Origin: Arenicellales bacterium
GTDB taxonomy: Bacteria; Pseudomonadota; Gammaproteobacteria; Arenicellales; JAJDZL01
Direction: 5' to 3'
NCBI GenBank assembly: GCA_965205205.1
Contig: CBDBFX010000002.1
Span: 245,637-309,636 of the forward strand
DNA: 64,000 bases
This document shows positions 56,083 through 64,000 of this stretch, in pieces (positions within the stretch are counted from its first letter, which is position 1; every line of letters begins with the position of its first letter). The notes beneath the pieces are model-generated. The model worked only from the letters and a program-made list of their open reading frames with translations. It had not been told where the DNA came from and did no database searches. The position numbers were made by a program, and so were the translations under genes.

Positions 56083-56595
56083 ATGACCGATCGACAACCG
56101 GCTCAGCTACCCGTCGACAAAATGCTGACGAGCATGGTGCAGGCAATCGAGCCAATGCTTGACCACTCACCCCTGCTAGTCGCCATTCGCAGCGGCGGCG
56201 TGTGGGTTGCAGAACGATTGCATCAGCGGCTCGGTCTGCAGGAACCATTGGGGCAATTGGACATTTCCTTCTATCGCGACGACTTCAGCCAGGTGGGCCT
56301 CCACCCCAAAGTGGGCGCCTCATCCCTGTCGCAGAATATCGACGGGCGGCACATCATTCTGGTTGATGATATTCTGCACACGGGCCGTACCGCCCGAGCC
56401 GCCCTGAATGAATTATTCGCCTGGGGTCGTCCGGCATCCGTGGTCCTCGCCGTACTGCTTGACCGAGGTGATCGGGAACTGCCTTTTCATGCCGAAATCG
56501 TTGGCCATAGCATGCGTCTTGACAGAAATCGGTTTGTTAAAGTTTTTCCGGATGGCCGGCTGAAGTATGCCAAGCTGGGTACTGAGGGAGCGTAG
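56083..56595 (+). CDS. pyrR: PyrR regulator/uracil phosphoribosyltransferase
   Basis: [24 protein letters not shown] and DRGDRELP. Confidence 0.93.
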   Translation: MTDRQPAQLPVDKMLTSMVQAIEPMLDHSPLLVAIRSGGVWVAERLHQRLGLQEPLGQLDISFYRDDFSQVGLHPKVGASSLSQNIDGRHIILVDDILHTGRTARAALNELFAWGRPASVVLAVLLDRGDRELPFHAEIVGHSMRLDRNRFVKVFPDGRLKYAKLGTEGA

Positions 56596-57560
56596 TGCAT
56601 CAAGATATCCAAATTGCCGCGGACGGCGGTCTGAAACACTTCATCTCGCTGGATGAATTGCCTCGGGAGCTGATTGAGGAACTCCTGACGACCGCTGAAT
56701 CCTTTATCGATTTTGCCACGCGGGATACGAAAAAGGTACCGCTGCTGCGCGGTAAGACGGTGGTCAATCTCTTTTTTGAGCCGAGCACCCGCACCCGAAC
56801 AACTTTCGAGATCGCCGCCAAACGCCTGTCGGCCGATATCATCAACATGCAGTCGGATGACATGTCGACGACGAAAGGTGAGACAATTCTAGATACGGTG
56901 AAGACCCTGCAGGCGATGCACACGGACACTTTCGTCGTGCGCCACAGCTACAGCGGTGCGGCCGATCTGATCGCCCACCACGTACCGGATCATGTTCACA
57001 TCATCAACGCCGGCGATGGACGTTATTCGCACCCAACACAGGCTCTGCTCGACATGCTGACGATCCGTCAGCGCAAACCAGAATTCAAGGATCTGACGAT
57101 TGCGATCGTCGGCGATGTGCTTCACTCCCGCGTTGCGCGATCTGAAATCAGCGCGCTCAATAAACTGAATACGGGTGAAATCCGCATCATTTCACCAATG
57201 ACGCTGATACCGACGGGGCTCGAAGCGCTAGGCGTCAAGATCTTCACAGACCTGGACAAAGGACTGAAGGATGTGGACGTCATCGTCATGCTGAGACTGC
57301 AGCTGGAAAGAATGGAAGGACAGCTGATCCCCAGCAGGAGCGAGTACTATCAACGCTACGGGCTGACTGAAGAGCGGCTCAGAAATGCCAAACCTGATGC
57401 GCTTGTAATGCATCCCGGACCGATCAACCGCGGTTTGGAAATCGCCTCCTCCGTCGCTGACGGCAGTCATTCCGTCATCCTTTCTCAAGTATCCAACGGT
57501 GTTGCAGTACGGATGGCTGTCATGTCGAAGATTATGGGTGGCTCCCGCCCAGCCAACTGA
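56595..57560 (+). CDS. pyrB: Aspartate carbamoyltransferase catalytic subunit
   Basis: [18 protein letters not shown] and HPGPINRG. Confidence 0.96.
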   Translation: MHQDIQIAADGGLKHFISLDELPRELIEELLTTAESFIDFATRDTKKVPLLRGKTVVNLFFEPSTRTRTTFEIAAKRLSADIINMQSDDMSTTKGETILDTVKTLQAMHTDTFVVRHSYSGAADLIAHHVPDHVHIINAGDGRYSHPTQALLDMLTIRQRKPEFKDLTIAIVGDVLHSRVARSEISALNKLNTGEIRIISPMTLIPTGLEALGVKIFTDLDKGLKDVDVIVMLRLQLERMEGQLIPSRSEYYQRYGLTEERLRNAKPDALVMHPGPINRGLEIASSVADGSHSVILSQVSNGVAVRMAVMSKIMGGSRPAN

Positions 57561-57565
57561 GTCCA

Positions 57566-58843
57566 ATGAATAAGATCAATGTCATAAGAAACGGACGGGT
57601 GATTGATCCCGCCACGGGTCGCGATGAGATTGCTGATCTTTATTTCAACACCCGGATCGTGAATTCAGCTCGGGGCTCAGCAATGCCCATTGAACGCGAG
57701 TTCAACGCTTCGGGATTGGTCGTCTGCCCGGGCCTGATTGACATCAATGCAAGAATCGGCGAACTCAATTCCAAGGACCAGTTCAGAATGCACAGTGAAC
57801 TTCGAGCCGCACTCGCCGGTGGTATCACGACGGTCTGCGTTCAGCCCAATACCGTTCCTGTTATTGATACACCGGCGATGGCGCACATGGTTCGCGACAG
57901 CACCCGACAGCAGGGCAGCATACGCATCGTGCCGCTTGGCGCACTGACCATTGGCCTGCGAGGCGAATCGTTGACCAACATGGCGGCCCTGAAGGATGCC
58001 GGATGCGTTGGCGTCAGCAACGCGCGCGACGCGATTCACAATACGCTGCTGATGCGTCGCGCCATGCAGTATGCTGCGACTTTTGATCTGCCGGTCTTCA
58101 TTCATTCGCAGGATCCATGGCTGACCGGTAAGGGCTGTGTGCATGAGGGCGAGATGAGTACCAGACTCGGACTGTCAGCGATACCCGAAGCGGCCGAAAC
58201 GGTTGCCGTCGCCCGCGATCTGGCTCTGGTTTCCACCACTGGGGTGAGAGCGCATTTCAGTCAGCTGTCGTGTGCGCATTCAGTTGACATGATTGCTGAA
58301 GCCACGGCCCGCGGCTCGAGAATCAGTGCGGATGTCGCCGTTCACAATCTGCACCTGACCGAATTCGACATCAATGGATTCAACACGCTGTGTCACGTCC
58401 TGCCGCCGCTTCGTCAGGAATCAGATTTAAACGGTTTGCGTGAAGGCGTGATCAATGGAACGATTCAAGTGATCTGCTCGGATCATCAGCCTTGTGGCAA
58501 AGACGATAAACTGGCACCCTTCATCCAGACGATGCCTGGTATCTCTGGACTGGAAACGCTATTGCCGCTTACTCTGAAACTGGTTGACGACACCGAGCTT
58601 TCGTTACCGCAGGCGATTGCCTGTCTGACCTGTAACCCGGCGCAGGCACTGGGACTTGAGCTCGGTACGCTGGGCGACGGCGCGGCTGCTGACATCTGCA
58701 TTTTCAACGCGAACGAATCGTGGGATTTTGATCCCGAGCAGATGCTGAGCAGTGGTAAAAACAATCCTTTCGACGGAATGCGAATGCGCGGCAAAGTGGT
58801 TCACACGATCGTTGGCGGCGTGGTGGCGACGGACTTAATCTAA
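57566..58843 (+). CDS. Dihydroorotase-like protein, probably inactive PyrC'
   Basis: DHOase-fold motifs (PGLID, PNT.P, PPLR, SDHQP), but the DxHxH site reads DINAR. Confidence 0.85.
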   Translation: MNKINVIRNGRVIDPATGRDEIADLYFNTRIVNSARGSAMPIEREFNASGLVVCPGLIDINARIGELNSKDQFRMHSELRAALAGGITTVCVQPNTVPVIDTPAMAHMVRDSTRQQGSIRIVPLGALTIGLRGESLTNMAALKDAGCVGVSNARDAIHNTLLMRRAMQYAATFDLPVFIHSQDPWLTGKGCVHEGEMSTRLGLSAIPEAAETVAVARDLALVSTTGVRAHFSQLSCAHSVDMIAEATARGSRISADVAVHNLHLTEFDINGFNTLCHVLPPLRQESDLNGLREGVINGTIQVICSDHQPCGKDDKLAPFIQTMPGISGLETLLPLTLKLVDDTELSLPQAIACLTCNPAQALGLELGTLGDGAAADICIFNANESWDFDPEQMLSSGKNNPFDGMRMRGKVVHTIVGGVVATDLI

Positions 58844-58978
58844 GGTGCTTTTCAGAAATCACATGTAATTGACCAACGTCAGTAGCGACTTAATGCCGTC
58901 TTCGGATCGAGGGCTGTCGTAATACCTCTGAACGGCTTCGGAAATCGCTTGTAAATCCCCTATACCCAATTTGGGCCA

Positions 58979-59028
58979 ATGGCGGACCCGCCCCGGAAGG
59001 TGTGCGGTTTCCGGGGCGGACCTGCCAT
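58979..59028. terminator. GC-rich hairpin between convergent genes
   Basis: ATGGCGGaCCCGCCCCGGAA ... TTCCGGGGCGGacCTGCCAT inverted repeat. Confidence 0.6.
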
Positions 59029-59044
59029 CAATCAGTGCGTTGAC

Positions 59045-61865
59045 TCAGAATCTGAAAGCCAGTGCCACGCCGCCGCTGAGCGAGCTGTTGCCACGACCGG
59101 CCGTGGTGTGGTAAATGGCGCCGGATAAAGTCGACCGACCTTCATTCCAGCTCTTCGAACCACCGAATCCCAGGCGGATCGAGGTCGGTCGGGTCTCGGT
59201 GCTCACCGTCTCCGAACTCAGGTCGCTGGATACCGAGACACTGCGCTTGGCATTGAAATCATGCATCAGATCCAGCGAACCGAACAGACCGCAGCAGTCG
59301 CCCGCACCATACCGGGTGTCGACCCGGACCCCATAGCCGCCCTGCAGGCCGGATCCATCTTTCATGGCGATGGTCTCTTCCAAAGCCGTCGTCATTTCAT
59401 TGAAGGTGTTGCCGGCTTCGTCGCTATCCGATCGGTGCATGTAAGCGGTCTTGAAATCCTTCATTGACACCGACGTCCAGGTCAGCGAGCCGCGCTGCGT
59501 CACCGTCGCGTTGCCGAGTACCAGTTCCGTGGCGGCGCCAACGCCCAAAGCATAACTGGTGCCCTTGGTTTTGGCATTCACCGTAAACGGTGTCGCCTGT
59601 CCCGCGATCGTTTCCGAGGACTGCACCTGGATGTCATCATACTGGGTCACCCCCAGCCAGCCGTCCAGCACCCAGCCGTTCGCCTGGCGCTTCGACACGC
59701 CGAAGCCGGCCCCGAGTCCCGATGCCTTGACCTGTCCGCCACCGGTCACCTTGGCCCGGCCCTGCCGATGATGCAGACCGGCCCGGTAGGTGAGGCCACC
59801 GTCACCGGGCAGGTCGGCACCCACCGCAAAGCCGGTTGATGACAGCCGGTAGGAAACCGCTTCGCCCAGCGACTTTTTCAGCCGCCGATCACCACTGCCA
59901 CCTTCCACGCGCACCCAGCCGGCGTTGCCGCCGCCCGCCCCTGCGCCGTCAGCGGAAAACTGCATCGCCTCACCGTTCGGCTCGACCGAAGCATCAGGCG
60001 ATGCCGGCACATACCGGTCCATCCCATCGCTCAGGTCCCACAGCACCGACGGCAGGGACTGATAGACATTGCCCCGCCTGGCCACCTGACGCTCTGTGGC
60101 GGGTGCCGTCAGCCCGGTCAACTCACGCTCGAAATTCAGCGAGAAGACGTTGTTGACCGGCTCCGTGATGTCGGCCGTCAGTTCCACCTGGCCTTTCCAG
60201 TCATTGTAAAAGCCGCTGGGTACATTTTCCAGCGTCAGCGAAATCTTGTCGCCATCCATCAGGTCCGTATAGGTGGTCCCACCCCCCAGTTTTCGATATC
60301 GGAATAATTTGGTCCTGTCCGTAACGCTCTCAATCTTCTGGATGCCCCTGAAATTCCCGTTCAGAAGAATCAGAAGATTTTGCACCCCCTGCGGATCGTT
60401 GGCCGGCTCGGAAACTTTCACCGACCGGCTCGTCGTTCCGTCGGCGTGGGGCACCAGCTTGCCTTTGGCGCCAAGCGTGATCGTGCCGCCGCCCATCAGA
60501 TGCACCGCCGCACCGTTCTTACCGCCTCGAACCTCACCATCGACGATGACCCGCTGATGGTACATGCCGGCAATCGCCTCCCTCTTATCAATCAGCTTCT
60601 TATCTTCCGTAACACTGTCGTCAAAGGTTGTTGGCGATTTAATTGCGTGGGCCATTAAACCGTAGTCTGAGTCTCCTGGATTCTTGCCATCGTTATATTG
60701 ATGCGTGCTGATGAAAATGCCGTCTTTGGGCTCACTGCCATCACTGTCAACACCGGCTGCCACCAGACCACCTTCCGCAACCGTTACCACCACGTTTCCA
60801 CGCTTGCCGCCGGCAAAGATATCAAACATATCTTCTCTATCCTCCCTACTCATGCCTGGTTTAGTCCCAAGACTCCCATCTTCCCACCGATGATCCACCC
60901 AGATGCCGTGCCCGGTCGCATACAGCTGGCCGGCATGCGTCAGATTGACAGCGTGGAGAGCCGTTTTCTCGGGATTGTCAATCAACACGAAAACACCGTC
61001 CTTCTTCACCGGCGCATCTCCGGCGCCAATTTCAGCGCCAGCCTCGATGTCCAATGTAATCTTTCCGTCGTCTCCGTCGAAAGTCTCTACCGCGTCCCTA
61101 CTTTCGATTTTAACGCCAGAGCCAATGGCGCCGAGGATCCGCGCACCGCCCTGCAGCGTCACATGAGTGTATCCGCCAGATTTATGACGCTCATAAACTT
61201 CAACGCCGATAATATCGGCATGGGCACCTTGAATCTGCCCATTGAAGTTGATTTCGAAATCGCTCTTGCTGTGTGTGGCAGAGATCTTGACAACTCCTTC
61301 ATTAGCACCCCATCCCATTGTGAATACGCCTTTCGGTATATTCAGGGTGACCGGAACATCCGCCTTGCTTTCTTCACCCTGCCGCCGCACATCAACAAGA
61401 ATTCCAGCAGGAAAGTTGCCTTCATAATTGCCACTCGAGGTGATTACAACTTTACCAACTTTACCGTTTTTTTCTGTCAGGACTCCTTTCGCATCCACGC
61501 GCAAACCGGTAGTGTATCTTCCACGAACGAGCACTCCTTCCTCTACCGTCAGATGCAAGCCATTGCTGCCATCAACGACTTCATATCGAATTGCATCATC
61601 TGATCTATCTGGGGCCAAGCTGTCAGAAGCGTCGCAGACCACCGTCGGCGGTGCTCCCGTTGTTGGGTCTCCACACTCGTTGTCCGCCGAGGCCGGCAGC
61701 GGAGTCAGGATCAGAAGGGCCGTGAAGACGGCCGCGAGGTGAATAAGATTCTGTTGAGAATGTCTCTGCCCCCCCCCCTTTTTGGAAAACAATCGATTCG
61801 GAACCGTTCCGTCGAATCTTCTTCACAGCCCCGTACCAAGTGAATAATTTTGTCATATTAATCAT
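59045..61865 (-). CDS. Autotransporter (type Va); G10 tract in the leader puts the RBS-associated ATG out of frame
   Basis: Signal peptide ...LLILTPLPASA, Gly-rich passenger, beta-barrel starting at GWVRVEG and ending ALAFRF. GGAG RBS precedes ATG 61865; the long ORF runs 59045-61792. Confidence 0.85.
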
Positions 61866-62732
61866 TGAATTTTCTCCGTCATTCCTTAACTTAACTGATT
61901 GGTCGCTTAATTGAAAAACTCAATAGCAAATCCGCATTTTACTCGAATCACTCTGTGTGTGAGGCAATTATTACGAGGCAAATACGCTGTTTACATCTTG
62001 ATCCCTTCGAGAGCAGTTATATGCAAGGATCAGGGACGGCTTTCAGACGCACCGACCCCCCTACCGCAGGCTGATGGCGCGCCGACCGCAATCGGAATTG
62101 GAGCTAAGCGGCCTGCGGCAGGGCAAGGCACCTCAGCGAGCGGCAGTTGGACCTTTCTGCGAACCACACCAGCTGGCGGCCAATCAGTTGCGCGTTGACT
62201 GCGCCTCGAGCGCTTACACTGTCATCAGGACGGTGCGCCAAGAGCACTCGCCTGGTCCGGGCGCAGTGAGGCGCGATGCGACTGTAGCCGATCAAGGTAG
62301 GGGCGCACATTCGGGTGTGGCTGTCGATTTCGGTGTCTTATCCGCATGCCGGTGTGTTGGTCGAAAGGCCGAACAATCTGAACCGTCTGCCACTGTGACA
62401 ACCACCGCCTGACTTCAACTAGGGTGTCATTGAGCCGATTCTGGTGCCGGTCACCGGCCATTGCAGCCCAGAATCCAAATCGGTGAGCTAGCCTTCGCTC
62501 CTTGTGATGCAGTCCTAGCAGGAGCATACCGGTGGCGTTGCAGACCGTGGTTCTCAAGGTACCAGACCGCACTCGAGCCGTTGCAGCGAGAGAAGATGAA
62601 CACTTCGTCAATGCGCAGCTCAATCTCGCTTCCAGCGAAGCTTTCTCGGCATGCTGACTGGCCAGCAGCGTGATGGTTTGGCGTTTCCGTACCGACGCGA
62701 ACTCATCGAACGGGGCGGTCGGAGTCTAAACT

Positions 62733-62969
62733 CAGAGTTCCTGACCTAATCCGATTATTATGATAAATATTTCACTTGTGGAGCAGGCGGACGCGTCCAT
62801 CAAATGGCAGATCTCAGTTGGCTGGTGTCCACCTCGCCGATTATTCCATTTTCCGTCTTCTGTCCATTCGGGACGGGCCCAATCGTCGGCTGGAAAACAT
62901 CAACCCACTGTGACAGGCCGGCCCATCAGTGAACGACTGTTGATATCGACTGCCATGTCAGGAAGTCAG
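62733..62969 (-). mobile_element. MITE (~237 bp) related to the 30842-33505 transposon
   Basis: Both ends align with the two transposon ends (CAGAGTTCCTGACCTAA..ATTATTATGAT; CCATGTCAGGAAGTCAG); flanks AAACT/AAGCT form a near 5-bp direct repeat. Confidence 0.8.
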
Positions 62970-63612
62970 AAGCTGTATTCAACTCAGCTCAATGGAGATC
63001 GGAAGAGGACTTCGGAAACGGTCGCTTACCGAACACCCACTGGAAACGGCACAGAATGCGAAAGAGCGGCTTTCAGGAAATGGGGGGTCCGTTTGAGATG
63101 AATGTGACCAATCAAATAAAAAGTATGATGTGATTTCATCTTTCAGACCGTGCCCCGATCAGTTGTGATGGTCATCGGGGTCGGCAGATGGGTGTGTTTT
63201 GCACGTGTCCGACTCAAAATGCAGTTTAATCTCATTGGGTGAACAGGTCAAAACCGAAATCGGACCTGAAAAACATCAGTCGCATAAACCAATTTTGAAC
63301 AAGGTGGCATTCTGACCGTCTTTGCCGCGGTAGCATTGGCACTTGAAATCAAAGCGGCTGGCATCGCGTTCAGTGAATGGGCGAAGCACTGAAGGTTCAG
63401 ACTGCCGCGCCGGAAAATCTGTGGAAATTCGCAGATCTGATGCCACTGCGGAAAAATCCATCATTGGCTCGGCTGGTGCTGGCGGCGATGGCGATGGAAA
63501 GGGTGAAAGGAACTGAGGATGGTCATCGAACGGCGATGGGCGGTGTCATTGACGTCTATTGAGGTTTCTGATCCGTCTGATGTCGATGGCCTGCTGAACC
63601 CCTTTCACCTGT

Positions 63613-64000
63613 TCAGGCTCTCTCCACCCGAAGCGCCGCCAGATTGCGCTTCTTCCGACTGAACACCACCGCCAAAAGATGCACCTTGCGACCGCGGCTC
63701 TGATGCGGTAGCGCATAATTCTTCCCGCGCATCTGCGCCATAGCCTCCAACACCTTCGCCTCCACCTGCTCATCCACAGCCGCCACCTTGAACTCCAGCA
63801 CGAACACCTCGCCGCCCGTGTGTACCACCAGATCCGCCCGCCCCTCAGCCGACGACTGCTCCGCACTCACCTCCACACCGTTGGCGATGAAACAGGCGAA
63901 CAGCAGACTCGCGTAAAACGCCTCATAGCGCGACACCTCGCTGCTCGAATACCACTCGTTCGGCACGTTGGCATAAAACGACCGCATCTCCGCCGCGAAA
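63613..64000 (-). CDS. C-terminal PD-(D/E)XK domain of an AAA-ATPase-like protein (5' end outside window)
   Basis: YEAFYASLL...AEQSSAEGRADL...VLEFKV...AMAQMRGKNY. Confidence 0.85.
   Translation of the reverse strand, partial: FAAEMRSFYANVPNEWYSSSEVSRYEAFYASLLFACFIANGVEVSAEQSSAEGRADLVVHTGGEVFVLEFKVAAVDEQVEAKVLEAMAQMRGKNYALPHQSRGRKVHLLAVVFSRKKRNLAALRVERA

Noticed and set aside
62225-62700. Possible decayed IS1634-like transposase C-terminus on the minus strand
   Set aside because: Similarity is too weak to call by eye; needs tBLASTn.

Overview
64-kb bacterial window, most consistent with a Gammaproteobacterium (rpsU-dnaG-tRNA-Ile(CAU), tkt-gap-pgk-pyk-fba, yqgE-ruvX-pyrR-pyrB-pyrC'). The many IS remnants, pseudogenes and R-M genes suggest, but do not prove, a host-associated lineage. 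The left half (1-34.5 kb, ending at the tRNA 3' end) is accessory. It holds a P450 tail, an MMPL/RND transporter, an IS1595 element interrupted by a DUF4338-IS4 element, metabolic singletons, a HipBA-like TA pair, a DISARM-related operon (DUF1998 helicase-nuclease, SNF2 helicase, N6-methyltransferase, DUF4238) and stacked transposon debris. The right half is mostly housekeeping, plus a stand-alone type IIG R-M gene and an autotransporter. The most unusual signal is in the defence methyltransferase: just after a G10 tract lie about three tandem, divergent copies of one ~35-aa segment, spread over two reading frames, and the paralogue in this window has only one copy. Long C/G homopolymers also frameshift the helicase and the autotransporter (phase variation or sequencing error). 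All assignments come from reading motifs by eye; no database search was run.
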